Positions 24,136 through 37,669 of a stretch of 64,000 bases of DNA are shown here, in pieces. Position 1 is the stretch's first letter. Every line of letters begins with the position of its first letter. Origin of the DNA: Camelus ferus. Taxonomy: Eukaryota. Both the position numbers and the translations under genes were made by a program. The DNA is taken from contig NC_045707.1 in NCBI RefSeq assembly GCF_009834535.1, forward strand, positions 56,174,001-56,238,000, written 5' to 3'. The notes under the pieces were generated by a model, which was not told the DNA's origin, ran no database searches, and worked only from the letters and a program-made list of their open reading frames with translations.

Positions 24136-24439
24136 CTGCAGCAGGAGTCTATTCCGGTCTACATTTACAGAAACATGGCCAAAGACCCAACTCCTCTGGT
24201 GCTGATATCAAGTCCAAGAATTGAAACATCTTCAACAGGTAACTTACATAACATGAAACAAAGTACATTTAGATTTGCTCTCACATCATCCTTCTAGCCG
24301 AACAATTGCTTTAGTAACCTGATTGCCTTGTAGTTTTAGAAATGAATCTGTCATTGTGCCATACGGAAGTTTCTTTATTAATTATCTGCTAATTCCTATT
24401 TGTAAGTATTGCTTATGCTACATAAAAATATAGATTCAA

Positions 24440-24530
24440 GGTCGGGAGGGTATAGCTCAATGGTAGAGCATGTGCTTAGCATGCATGAGGTCCTGGGTTA
24501 AGTCCCAGTACTTTCACTAACAAAGCAAAC
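24440..24530 (+). mobile_element. tRNA-derived SINE (camelid Vic-1 type)
   Basis: 'gggagggtatagctcaatggtagagcatgtgcttagcatgcatgaggtcctgggttaagtcccagtac' with A box at 24453-24463, a degenerate B box at ~24496-24506 and an A-rich tail. TSD core ATAGATTCA at 24430-24438 and 24536-24544. Confidence 0.9.
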
Positions 24531-24544
24531 AAAGCATAGATTCA

Positions 24545-24690
24545 GAATTGGAAAAGACTCGAGAACTCATCTTGTCTAATTTCTGCATTTTACATCTGTG
24601 AACACTGGCTCATAGAGGTAAAGTCTCTCATCCTGGGTTACCTGGTGGTAGAACCAGGGCAAGAACTTGTCCCTTAACTCCTGATATAAT
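24545..24690 (-). mobile_element. MIR/MIR3 remnant next to the SINE insertion
   Basis: 'gaattggaaaagactcgagaactcatcttgtctaatttctgcattttacatctgtgaacactggctcatagagg'. Confidence 0.6.
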
Positions 24691-25639
24691 TGCTATTTTA
24701 TAAATGATAAAAGCAGGGTTTAAAAAGCCCCATTAAAAATTAGGATAAATGATGAAAATGTATATCAAATCTAATTTCATAAAATTTACCCTACCAATTT
24801 TTCAGAGTTTATCATGATAGTTTTCATTATAAAAACTCCTATTTGAATAGGTGATTACCAAAGAACTAAATCATCTCAGATGTGATCTATGTGAAAGAGA
24901 TGAGCTGTAAGTTTGCTCTAAGAAATTTAGCAACATCTATACCCTATAAAAACTCAGAATTCTCACAAATGGTATTTAATATTTAGTTTGTGGTATCATT
25001 GTTTAGAAATTTTAGAAAATTGGGAATAAATTTGAACCTATCTTTTGGTCTTTTCAATAAGCGTCTATAGCGACTTACGTGAAATTTAAAATCTTGGAAA
25101 AGAAAAAAACCTAAAAGCCTAGCCTTAATAATTATGCATTAGGTCTTTTCAGGGTTACAACGTGGAGGGAAAAAACCCTGGAGACAATGTGGGGTAGTCT
25201 AAAGGGCTGAAGGGGTACCGAAATTTGACACCCAGCACTAAGTATTTGTAAAGACACACGATCAGATTTGTCTACCATCTCTTTACAATAATGCTCACCC
25301 TTCTGAGTCCTTAAGCAACATAGAGAAGCCAAGACCAGTGTATCTCAGAATCTCAGGAGGTTCTAGCAATGCCATGATGTTCAGAGGACTCTCAGGGCTG
25401 TCTGATATCTCCTACCCAGTTCACGTTTTAAAGAAAAATATTTCCAAATCCTTACTATCTGCATCCTTCTATCACTATGACAACCAAGAGTATTGTCAGA
25501 GAAGTCAGCAAATCACTAATATCTCCTCAGCAAATCCTGAGACATGGAATTTCAGCAACCTTACCTTTTCTCATGAGTTTTTGGAATCTTGTGACAGTTG
25601 ACACTAACCTATAAGCATCCACATTTTGGTGCCAACGTA

Positions 25640-26080
25640 GTTAGTCAAGATTTTGGTTCCATATGTCAAAAATCCAACCTAAATCAGGTTAGGGCCAAAA
25701 AAAGAAAAAAAGGGAATTTGTTGCCTCATGTGACTGGCAATTCTAAGCAATGATGAATTTAGGCGTTGGTAAATCCGAGTTCAAAGGTGACTTCATTAAA
25801 CTACTCCCTTTTCTCCATCACTAATTTCTGTTTTTCATTGTAATGGTCTCAATCTCATATAGGCATTGAGTGCCCTCAAAATATCCACTGTCAGATTTAG
25901 ATTTACATATATACAACCACCAATCCCAGAGAACAGGGTAATCCTTTCTTTAGCTAAAGTCACAGGGAAATCTCTCATTGGATTGGTTTGAGTCATGGGC
26001 CCCACACACCAGGAGCTTTGGGTAGAATTAGCACCACGCCAAACAACTGGGCTAAGAATGAAGGAAGATGATTGCACAAA
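25640..26080 (-). mobile_element. Old MaLR LTR remnant (MLT1K/L-like)
   Basis: 'aaaaatccaacctaaatcagg...aagggaatttgttgcctcatgtgactgg' and 'ctctcattggattggtttgagtcatgggccca'. Confidence 0.55.
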
Positions 26081-26364
26081 GAGACACTGGGCATTAATAA
26101 AATGTTCACTGAACAGCCTGTGGTTTGGGTTGTTTCTCATAAATAGCATAGCATTGAAACAAACAATGTACAAATTTTACAAATAACCGGAGGAAGGAAG
26201 AGACCTTCTAATCCAAAAGTGATCAGGCTGAAAGACAGAGGGCTGAACACCTGACAATCCTAAATAATCATAGAAACACAGTATTATCTGGAGTGACGGT
26301 GACTCTATACATTCCCTGAAAAACACACGATTGTTTACTAGGATTACACTGTATTTTAATTTTG

Positions 26365-26790
26365 ATTAGTCAAATCACTTTCTATTTCAAGTCAAACAAA
26401 CCTTTTAAAACTTGACTGAACAAAAGAAGGAAATTACTAGCTCCTGTAACAGAAAAAAACAGGTCTTGGTTTCAGGTAGGTCTAGGGCTCAAATGCTGTC
26501 ACTTGGATTTTGTTTCTTTCTGTATCTCAGCTCTGCTTTCTCTATATTGGCTTCAGAAAAGTTGAGAGGCAGCCACGCATCATCTCTGATTGGCACAGCT
26601 TAAGTCATGGACCAGCTTTGAACCAATCACTGGACCAGAGAGATGTGGTACTTTGGCCAGACTCGAGTTAGGGGCTTATCTCAGAAGCCAGGAGCTAAGG
26701 CCAGTTTTGTTCAAACCGCACTGACAGGGGTTGGGGATTATGCAAAGAAAAGTTAGGATGCAGTATCAACAAGAGGAAAGGAAGATATTC
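26365..26790 (-). mobile_element. Old MaLR LTR remnant (MLT1K/L-like)
   Basis: 'ctctgattggcacagcttaagtcatggaccagctttgaaccaatcactggaccagagagatgtggtac'. Confidence 0.55.
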
Positions 26791-29018
26791 CCTGTAGCTT
26801 AGGCAGCCTCTTCATATTCTACCAACATACAGGTTGTAGCATCCTGGAGATAACAGAAGAGGATGAGGTCGAGTGTTTAGATAGATTCTGTAAGACTTAA
26901 GTAACACTTAAGCCACATAAGGACAGGAACTTTCAAAAATCTATAAGGGTGAAAGGGTGAAGAAACAACCTCTGGGTCACCAATGACTGAAAAAAAAAAA
27001 AAGAGGCTTTCAGCACAATTTACAATTTACACTTGTATTCTTTGATCCCTGTAGCTGCTTTGACTAAATCTATTTCCATCCTTGATTTTTAATGTCTTTC
27101 CACTTGGCTATAAACTCAGCTACTGCAGCTCTGTTCTCATTCCATGACTTCCATTTTGGTGCCTCTCCTGGTCTCTTGGATCTTAACGGACTGGATCCTG
27201 TGATTCACCCCTGTTTCAAGGTACCCTGTCATCCACACCTGTCCCTCCAGGTGCACTCCTTTGAGATCACAACCCTCTCTAATAATAGAGAGTATTATTC
27301 CCAATACTCTCTATCATCTCTCTCGCCTCCATCTGCTCATGGGATGCAGGAATGATTCCTCCTCCTAGAAGAATGATTATGTTATGTTATTTTCTCTTTA
27401 AAGTCCAAAAGGACTTAAAGTTTTAGGATTTTAGCAGGGGTAACCTTAGGAAAGAAAGGAGGTACTTATTTTTCATGCACAAAAGATGCAGAGGTAATAC
27501 AATGATAGAAATGTTGAGGTGGAGAGGAGGGAAGTTGGAAGCGCTCGTGCTATCGTCTCCATTTTCTCAGACATGTAGTAGAGAAACAGATGCTCAGAGG
27601 GATGGAGGAACAGCCTGCAGAAACAGCTGTGGAGAAGTGGGAGGTAATCCTTCAGATGACTGAAAATATTTCTGAGCCACTGTGAGATCCCAGCTGAGGT
27701 CACATAGCATGAAAGTATGTTGCAGGAGGAAATACATTGCATTTGCCTTCTCTTGGTATTTGAAGATAATTTTTAATATTTGTCTGTGCATACATTCCAG
27801 TAATATTTATATCGGTTGAATGGCATCATCATGCCTCCTAGGTTGGTAAAATCACCAATGAGTCAATGATAAATTGAGTCTAAAAATAAGTTTGTGATCT
27901 TCAAATATCTTTGATTAAAAAGTTGTGTAGAAAAACCAGACCATTAACAGTTATTTTTTTTTTGGTTTGTTTTAATTTTTTAAATGTATAGCTTATAAGC
28001 TTATAATCCTTTACCAATGATTCTTCAAACTTTGTGTTCAGAAGAGAGATTCTGATTCAGTAGGTCAGTGTCAGAGATTCTAAATGTACCTTATTAAAAG
28101 CACCCTATGAATCTCTGAGAGCTGATCCCTTGATGAGGCTTTAAAAGCACTAATCTACGTGGAAGAACAGGCATCGTATCTGTCCGTCTATAGAGCCTCT
28201 GTGCTGCAATTACCCCATCAAGTCATCTTCCCCACCAGTTTTATCCTGATGCCAAAGGGTCAAATTTACCCTTCTTCCATTTCAGTGAAGTACGGATATT
28301 TCACCAGCTTGCAGAAATGGAACATGGTCCCCAGTAACTAGCAAAGCAGTTCAAATGGCAAACTGTATTTACAAAGGAATCAAAAGATGATAATGAGCAA
28401 AGCAAAAAGGCTTCAGGCATCACATTTTAATGGTTGGATGACAGCGGCCTCTGCTAATTGACTGCCTTTTGTAGCCACAGTCTAATAAGGAAATTCATCT
28501 TGAAGGATTGCCCAAATTCCTACATGTGAATTTCTTAGAAGTGAGAAAGTAATAGTAGAGATAATGGCATATTTTACAGACAGGAGCTTATTATGATAAA
28601 CGTGACTCTTATAATATGAAGCTGGGGCCTCTGAGCTATGATTTAACAATCTAAGAAGGGGGAAAGCTGCAACTGTGATGAAACATTTGTTATGAACTTA
28701 GAACAGTAACTCAAATCACCTGTCTAACATCTCTTGCTGAAAGAAATGTAGCCTGGATCCGGGAAAACTCTGATATCTTAGTTTGGGGAGCACAGAACCA
28801 CCAGTGGAAAGCTGCGCCTGCTCCCTGCAGTGAGGAAGTAATGGAAGTTAGATTTCAGGGAGGAGGAAAGGGAAGAGACAGGGATCTGGCTCATTTTTTA
28901 AGGAAACGGACAATTTTCATTTTACTTCATCATTTTTGAGTGCACGCATGCTGCTCTGACGGGTTCCTCTTTGATATATCTGAAATTCAACGTGAGGACA
29001 GAATGAGGCAGAGGAGAG

Positions 29019-29445
29019 CTTTTTTAATCTCTTTATTTCCTCTCTGATCTTTATTATTTCTTTAGCTTGTTTGTTCTTCCTTTTCTAATTCTTTTAGGTT
29101 TTCTTTGTTCTTCTTTTTCTAATTCTTTTAGGTGGTAGGTTAGGTTGTTTATTTGAGATTTTTCTTGTTTTTTGAGGAAGGCCTATGAACTTCCCTCTTA
29201 GGACTGCTTTTGCTACATCCCATAGATTTTGTGTGGTTGTGTTTTCATAGACATTTGTCTCAAGCTATTTTTTAATTTCCTCTTTGATTTCATCCTTGAC
29301 CCCACTGGCTTTTTAGTAGCATGTTGTTTAGTCTCCATGCAATCTTTTTTTTTCCCCTCATTTCTCTTTCTGTGGTTGATTTTTAATTTCACACCATTGT
29401 GCTCAGAAAAAATGTGTGAAATAATTCTATCCTCTTAAATTTTTT
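29019..29445 (-). mobile_element. L1 ORF2 internal fragment, antisense
   Basis: 'ctatgaacttccctcttaggactgcttttgctacatcccatagattttg' and 'tttagtagcatgttgtttagtctccatg' are the reverse complement of the L1 region seen at ~7150-7580. Confidence 0.9.
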
Positions 29446-32400
29446 GACTGTATGCATGATACAGGTTTCCTTAATCTTATGAGAAATGCTATGCAGATGC
29501 ACCATCATGATTCATTTCACCGCTTTCTCTAACTAGATGGCCAACCCTAAGACTCAGAAATATCACATAAGTAAAAATTTTAGAGCTGCCCTCCCAGGAT
29601 TAAGAGGCTCTAGAGATTCTTCCTGCTCTTTCTTCTATTACCTTTCCTTGGACACCAGGCAGAACTTAGTGTCCCATGGGTACATTTTTGTATGGGTATG
29701 CATCCTGCCCCCAAACTGTAGTTGAGAAAGAACAAACTAAATCTGACTCTCAGCCTCTATGTTACTAGAATGGTAGAAAGTACAATGTAAGTCACTATAT
29801 TTTTGAGAGAAAGTGGGGCTTGTCATTCCTCAGAACCCCAAAAAATTCAAGAAACTTCTGTAATGCCTCAGAAGTGAAAGGGTCCACTTCAGTTCATGAT
29901 GCTCTCCACTGATTTTATTCATTTATTCAACAAGTACTGAGAACCTACTAATGGACAGGCATTGCTGTAGGCACTAAGAGCACATCAGTAAGCCAGACAT
30001 CACCATCCAGCCCACTTGCCCCTTGCAGGCAGGCAGCTCTGTGGCTCCCTCCAATGTCGAAGCGTTTGCAGATGCTGCATGGCCTAAGCCCAAGGTCCAG
30101 CTCCTGTAAAAGTCTGCTTCTCACCCATTCCCCACTGCGGTCTTGCCTGCTCCAGCATCACTGCCACTCTCTGTCTTGCTGTATTGCCTGTCTTTCCTCT
30201 CTTTCTTCCCTTCACTCTATACAAAATGCACTCTGCCTTTCTTTCTTCCTTCAATGTGTTTCTAAAGCCCAGAAAGCAGATTTTCTGTAAGCAACATTTG
30301 CTTTTTTGTCCTCTCCAGACCAACCTCCTTTCTGGCAACCTGACACAAAGGTCTGGTGTGGGAGAAACGGCATAGGACAAAGGGCATGGGAGGAGAAAGA
30401 AATGTAAGTTTATGTGACCATAACAAATCTTGAAGGAAGTGGGGTGAGGTCTTAGACAGTCCTTGCTTTCCCAAGGCCAATTCACCCTTGGCTTCCTGGG
30501 GAATTTTTTACAAGCTCAGTCTGATCTTTAGTGAAATTGAGATTATTTTTGCAATAAGTGAAAGGATTTAAGGTCAGAACTCGTGAGTTTTATGTAGGTT
30601 CTAGTATTTGTGTGATTCTAGGTTTTATTTCTATAATCTGATCCAAAGAAAAATAGATGAACCAGAAATACTCTGGGCCTTTTAAAGTCTATTTTTATTA
30701 TTAAAGCTTCCTATATTCTTTATTCTTTACTAATTCTCTATAACCTGAACATATTTAATGTAATTATTAGGGATCAAAGCAATTGAATGTAAGAGAATAA
30801 CACTTATAGTTACTCCTGCAAAAAAAAAAAAATTCCTACTTCATTTATATCTCAGGTAGGAAAAGGATATTCAGTCACTTAGCTAAAGGGAAATCAAACA
30901 AATCAGAGGGAATTTTAAGAATGTATGATATTCAAGGCAGTCTGTGATCATTTAGCTCTTTGAGAATCAAAAGCTAAACTGGGGTTTTGAAGCCAGCACT
31001 TATCTGAAAGTCTAGACGTCAATGAGCTGATGTGAGAAGGAATATAATTTGGTCTTGGGATGGAATACAAATAGCACTGTGAATAAATGATGGGTACAAA
31101 CGCTACAATTTGCCCAATTTTCTAAATCATCTTCACAGCTAGTTTCATGGAACATAGCATTTAACTTTGACTTTGGACAGCTTTGGCATTTCTGAACTTG
31201 AGAGTGACTGTTGATTACTTAAATCCTAAATTATAGATATTCTTTATTCTCTTTCTCTTTTTGGCCTGTTTGGGGTTCAGAAGAAAGCCTTGTGAATGGG
31301 GCAGATACCCCTTTCTGGTCAACAGTGTGTTTTTGCCCTTTTTCCCGTCCCTGCTATCCTCACCCCAAACATTTCCTTGTCTTGCCTCCTGTATGAGCCC
31401 CACACAATCCGCTTCCCTATACTCTTTGGCAGGAATCCATATTTTATTTCAAGAACTAGACATTGTGAGAGTAATACATGAAAACAACACAAAAATGCCT
31501 TTAATGCATGCTGGCTAAGAGATTTGGTCAGTTCAAAGATTTATTACCCTCAAGGCAAATGTTTAAGAGACCTCTTTTCAAGTAAAATCTCTATGGAAAC
31601 TGTGTATTTGCCTAGGAGTTATTTGTATACTAGTCATTTACATCCAGCTGGATGTGTGTATAAGAAGAAAATCCACAACTCCATCTCTGCCATGGTAGCA
31701 CGTAGGAAAAGGTGGGCTGGAACCACTGATTTGGTCCTCTATAAATTTAGCAGTGAAATGGGTGTTCCAGATCAGTAGTAGTGGTAACTTTACAACCGGG
31801 GAAGTGTTTTTGAGAGTCAATTTTTGTTGTCCTTCTGACTTACTTAAGTTTAAGGAATATTATTTGAAATTTTTTATACTTCCGAAAAATTTAACAATAT
31901 TTACTGCTTCCCCAGATCCTTTGTAGAAAGGAAGAAAGAAGAAAGTAGGGGATGAGAGGAAAAGAAGAGGAATAAATGTGATTAAACGTATATCCCACAA
32001 TTAACTCTTCTCACTATTTTCACAAAGCATCAATGCATAGATCTAGACAATTTGGGGTTAAGTTTATTATATTATGCATATTTTTGGAAACTTATTTAGA
32101 CTTTGAGAGCCTACAATTTCACACAAGAGCCTGAAATATTAATTTACACACATTAAGTAAGCACATTAATCAGCCTCATTGTCAAAATGACCGAAAGTGA
32201 CTGAATGCAATGAAGCTGAAATGGATCAGACTTTCCTTTTCAAAAGCATTCTTAATAATTAAAAACACTTCTCAGAGCAAAAAAAAAAAACCAAAAAACT
32301 AATTCTTTATAAAATTTCAAAAGCATGCCATTAAGCTTCACATCTAAAACATAAAAAGCAAGGTTCTCTCTTTTTTTATTAAAATCATAAGAGCATGTAT

Positions 32401-32980
32401 TGAGTTCTAACTATGTACAAGTATTTGTGCTAAGGTCTGCACCAATCTTCCTTCACTGTCACAACCTGAGATAGACACGGTTCCCTTCACTTTATAAGGT
32501 GGAGTCAGAAATATCCAAGGTCTCAAGGCTGTTATGTAGTAGTCTAGGAGACCAGCCTATGACTGCCCAACTTTGTCCATGCTCTTCCTTTAGGTATCTT
32601 ACAGCTTTGATATGACCATAGCATTGAGACCAGAAATGAAAGAACGATGCTCAGAAGAGAAAGCATCTAGAGCCTCGTGCCTGTGTCAGTGAAGCTGAAC
32701 TGATCACAGATCAAGTTCAGACTGAGGGAGCACTCAGGATCTGGTCAATTCTCCAAGCCCAGACAAAACCTCTGACATAGAGTAAGTGTTTAAGTGAAAG
32801 CAGTGAGGGTAAGTAACTTCAGGAGATGAGACATTTCTATCTGACTTGTAAGCAGGTCAGGAACATAAGAAGGTCAAATTATTTCCAAAACATGTATTGA
32901 GTGTATCCTATGTGCCAGGGCAAGAAGCTGGTACCAGGGATACAGAGATGAGTCTTACTGGGAAAAGCAGACAGTGTCTC

Positions 32981-33460
32981 TGTTAGGACTCCTTTGGTTA
33001 TAATTGATGGACACCTGACCCAAACTGGCTCAAGCAAAAAGAGACAATATTGAGATCTTAATTGAGATCATTGAGATATTCAAGGGGCCATCTGGTTTCA
33101 GGCATGGCTTCATTTAGGGCTCCAACAATGTCACCAGATGTTTCATCACTCCCAGTGATTTCAGGTTTATGTTTGCCTTTACTTTGTCCTACAGGTGGAG
33201 ACGGTTGACAGACACAAAATAACTTTATAGGAGGACAGGAGTTCTGGAATTGAAACTATCAGCTCTGATTTGCCTGGCTTGGATATATTCACCCACCCAG
33301 CAGTCACTATGGTGAAGGGGATGGAATGAATGAACCCATTGGCTTAGCCAGGTGCTGGAGTTAACACAGGAGGTAGAGGCTATACAAAGCAAAATCAGGA
33401 TCTTAATGTCACAAGAAAAAAAATTGGACCCTAGGTGGCAAAACAAACGTTTTCCACCTG
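32981..33460 (-). mobile_element. MLT1K/L-like LTR inserted in an antisense L2 (L2 about 32875-34450)
   Basis: 'tgttaggactcctttggtt...gacccaaactggctcaagcaaaaag...ttcaggcatggcttcatttagggctc'. Flanking L2 motif 'aacatgtattgagtgtatcctatgtgccagg'. Confidence 0.6.
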
Positions 33461-33836
33461 TATGCAAATAATTATTTCAATGTGATGAGTCATCTAATAG
33501 AATTATAAGGGAGTAAAATCAGGGAGTAGAAAGTTTCTAACTTGATTAAACACAGTACTTATGCCAAGTCTTGAAGATAAACAAAAGTATCTCAGGCAAA
33601 TGGGGGAAAAGGAGAAGTTACAGCAGTGGTTAAAATGAAAAATCAATGTAGATCAATGTAGTTTTTTTAGAATGATAAGGACTGTGTGACTGGAGAACTG
33701 GGTGTTGAGACTGTGAGAGGCAGAGGGAAGGAGGAGGGAGGGTTGAGTAATAAGCAGGTTTATGGTTACTTCATCATGGCTTTGGACTTTATTTACAGAG
33801 GGATGTGGTTCACTGAAGGTTTTCAGTGCTCTAAGA

Positions 33837-34182
33837 CAACAGTTTGCAAACTTTTTTTGTAGACAATCAGTTAGTAAATGTATCAGGTTTTGCCGACCAT
33901 ACTGTCTCCACTCCTCATCTCTGCCATTCTAGTAAGATAGCAGCCGAAGGCAATATATAAAATAAATGAGCATGGCTGTGTTCCAAGAAAATTGTATTTA
34001 TGGACACTGAAATTTGAATTTCATATAATTTTTACATCCCAGAAAATACTATTCTTTAATTTTTTTTCAATCACTGAGAAGTGTAAAAATAAATTCTTAG
34101 CTTAGGATGGTTAAGAAAATTTAAAAAGAAGAGTTAGGCCAGGTTAGACCTGCGCACCTGGTCATAGTTTTATTGACCCCTG
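33837..34182 (+). mobile_element. MER58B-like hAT-Charlie MITE
   Basis: 'gcaaacttttttt', 'aaatgagcatggctgtgttccaagaaaa...tatttatggacactgaaatttgaatttcatataattt', ending 'gacccctg'. 8 bp TSD ctctaaga/ttctaaaa. Confidence 0.88.
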
Positions 34183-35966
34183 TTCTAAAATGATCAGTTC
34201 TATGTCTCCAGATTACCTAGAGCAAATACGAAAGAAGCAATAGAATAAAAAGAGAGGAGAGCTATTAGGAGACCACTGCACTAATCCAGGTTGAAGCTGG
34301 TTCACTGTAGATGAGAAACTGAAAGTCTTGAGACTTAAGACTTTAAGTCTTTAGAAAGGAGAACTGTGAGCTAAGTGACAAGGTAGCCTTTGTTATTGAG
34401 TTAGGCCTATCAAAGAGTTAACCTGGAGTGATTAGACAGAGGATAGGATGGAGGTTGGTGATTCAAGCCAGGAAGGAGGGAGTGACACAATCCTAGAGGG
34501 TAGAATGTATTTCCTGAGACTTGAAGGATGAAGCAGAGATGGTAGGTCAATTCTGTTGTGGAAATACCAGAGGTGCTTGGACCTCAGGGTGGAGGGAGAT
34601 TGTGGACAGCTCTGTAGATGTTAGAGTCAGTGGTTGAGCTTGGCACCCAAGAAATGGATGCTATTAGGGGAGAAGATGGTTTTGAATTGCTCTCCAGTGG
34701 ACTGGAAAAGACTCTCAGTGGTGACCATTATGGACTGAATAGCCAAAGTCTTCCCTCTTCTCCTAGATTTTATAAATCCTCATCTTCTTTAATGACTTTA
34801 AGAGAGGAGGAAGTATCTTTTGGAAACAGACTAAGTTGAGCTTTCCATTATCTGGGGTGGTAAAGCCTGAACCAGATAAAATTTGAGGAAATGTGATATT
34901 TTCTGAGTTCTAGTGTTGTGGGCAAATTCATACCAACGACCAATAGCACATCTGAATTTTTGCCAAAAATCTTTTAACTGGGAGGTTGCATCTCCAGGTG
35001 ATTCTGATCTACACTCAGGGTTGAAAACCACTGGTCTAAGGAAAATAATACAAGCCAACAGACTTATAAAACATTCTGATTTCTGCTTATCGATTTTAGT
35101 AAGTTGGAATATAGTATGGGATAAGAAGATTTCATTCTTAACTACGTAAAACATTCCAGCTATATATAGCAGCAAAGAAATATTCCTGCCATCTTGAAAA
35201 TTTAGTGTATAAAGTGAGAAAGTGAAGATCACTTGATATAAACAAGATCCATCTTGGAAAAAGAAACTCCAAGCGTGGGTCCTTCACCCTCTGAATTCAT
35301 ACAGAATCCACCCATGAGAAGTATAGTCTGTGACTGAAGCATTCAGCTATGAAGTATAGCATAGTGCTACAATGAATACAGACTTTCTTTGTCAGAGAAT
35401 TTATCAAGTAGAAAAGAATTTACAGACATAATGTAAGAGAATGCTTGCTGTAGTACTGGAACTTTTATTCAAGTTGTAGTGTTCATTATATGAAGGTTAA
35501 ATTCAGTAGGCTTTATATGAATAAATTCTTTCTGAGATTTTTTTTTCAAAGGGCTTATTCAATGAAGTATTGCTAATAGCCACTGAATCATCCAACTAAG
35601 GCACGGATATAGTGCTGTGGAAAGTACAAGGGTTTGCTCAAGGCTACTCTATTCATGCAAGGACTGGAAAGCAAATGGAAATATTGAAATTCCTAACTTA
35701 GCTCTCATCTTTACCATTATTGTTGTTATCCTTCTTTTTTTCTCCCACAATTTATACTAATATATGCACCTTTATTATCCTGGGTAATTTCTGATGAGGA
35801 AGAGAAAAAAAATTATTTTGCTTAGTGTATTTATTTTCCCTGTACTTGTAATTTTTTCATTCCTTCATTCTTTTGTTTGAAAATAGTTAATGAGTACCTG
35901 TTCAATAACAGACATTGGACTAGATGTTTGGGAAACAAACAAATAAGCCAAAATCATAGTCCAAAG

Positions 35967-36116
35967 CAGGGGTATTCATAATATGGCCACAGATAAGCAT
36001 CATTACTCTGGAACTTGTTAGAAATGCAAAATCAGGCTTCCAACTTTATCCAACAATTTGTGTTTTAGCAACACCTCCAGGTGATTCTGACCTACACTCA
36101 GGTTTGAGAACCACTG
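35967..36116. mobile_element. MER5A-like MITE
   Basis: 'gcatcattactctggaacttgttagaaatgcaaaatc...ctccaggtgattctga...tttgagaaccactg'. Confidence 0.85.
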
Positions 36117-36274
36117 GTCTAAGGAAAATAGTACAAGCAAAAATATTTTGATAAGGTGAATGAGAGTTATGTGTAAGTTCCCTATTGGAGCAGAGAGGAG
36201 AAAGCTTCTAATCTCTTCTACATTTGGTTTAGAAAATACACACTGTCTAAAATTCACAGATGTCCTCAGCATCC

Positions 36275-36750
36275 CTCCTTTGCATAAAACATTTCACTGC
36301 TCCCTATTGCCTTCAAGATAAAATTCAAGATTTCTACATACCATTTGAGGGGTTCCAGGATTTCTTCTTTCCAATCTCATCTCTTGCTCCTCCATCAACA
36401 TTGTACAACTTGCAGTACACACACACCATGCTGTTCTCACTTCCCCTGTGCCCAGAATATCTTTCCCTCATGCCGCTCCACAACATTGGACAACACTGGG
36501 ACTCCGCTGGAGAGAAATTTCCTCAGGGAAATCTTCCCTAACTTCCCTATGGCCTTCACATCTCCCTCTGTGTATAACTCTATCACTGAATGTATCACAT
36601 TACAGTGTTTCTCAGATTATATGTCCATCTCTGCCACATAACCGTTAGTTACTGCAAACAAGAATATTTAGTACTCATGTTAGTGCTTGTAATGCCAATG
36701 CAGTGCCTGGGACCAAATGGAAGGACAAAAAGGGTTCAACAAATGCATTT
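36275..36750 (+). mobile_element. L2 3' fragment
   Basis: 'ctgctccctattgccttcaagataaaattcaa' and 'cagtgcctgggacc'. Confidence 0.6.
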
Positions 36751-37669
36751 TAAGAAAGGAGTATATTTCTTTTATAGAAGGTCTCTACTATATGGCTAAA
36801 CATTCAGATGTATTTTTGTCCTTCAACTCTGGGATTATTATGAAGTCTACAGATTGGAAAGTTCCTAAGATTTTCAAATGTTTTGAATCAAAAAAGTTGG
36901 AAAATTACTAGAAAGCATTTTAAAATAAGAATTTCAGACATTCTCATTGACATCAATGGCAAGAATGTTTATAACTTTCTTTGGAAACCTCTCTGTTGAT
37001 ACCTGACATTAAGTGACTCCCTCCCCATCTCAACATTTTTTACCAACTTCAGGATTCTGTGCAAGTTAATGCTTTGTCTCTGCCATTTTTACATACTGTT
37101 ACTCAAAGATTTAATGGATCCCTATTATGTGCTACGTGCTAGAGGTAGAAAGTAGAGTTCTATAAAATAAATATCACATACTGGGAAATTATGTTCCCAA
37201 TATAGAAGACAGGCATTGAGAATGCTTTATACATTATATGGATTTAATACTACCTGTAATCCATGAGGTAGGGGCCACAATATCCTTGTTAAAAGAGAGA
37301 TTAAATAATTTGCTAAAGGTCACATGCCTGGTAAGTGACAGAGCCCCAGACGAGAGCTCAGGTTGCTCTGAGAATATTATCCTCTATTAACTGTTTCTTG
37401 CTTTTCTTGGCCCCCTTCTAAGTTTCTTGGAACTATTGGTTAGATATGTTTAACTCCATTCTCATAGATGCCTCTGTCATGTACAAAATTTTGTAATGTC
37501 TAGCTATTAGATTGCATTTTAGAATGGAAACCTCTAGAGGTGGACAACATTTATTCCTAAGTCCCTTGTACAAAGAATCTATATTACTTTGCTCTGTCAT
37601 ATTCACAGTGACTATAAAAGATTATGTGGAGGATTATATACCACAAATTACTTCAACTCAATTTCCATA

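Noticed and set aside
24444..24516. Functional tRNA gene
   Set aside because: The B box is degenerate (GGTTAAGTCCC), the acceptor stem is poor, and an A-rich tail plus TSD indicate a SINE.
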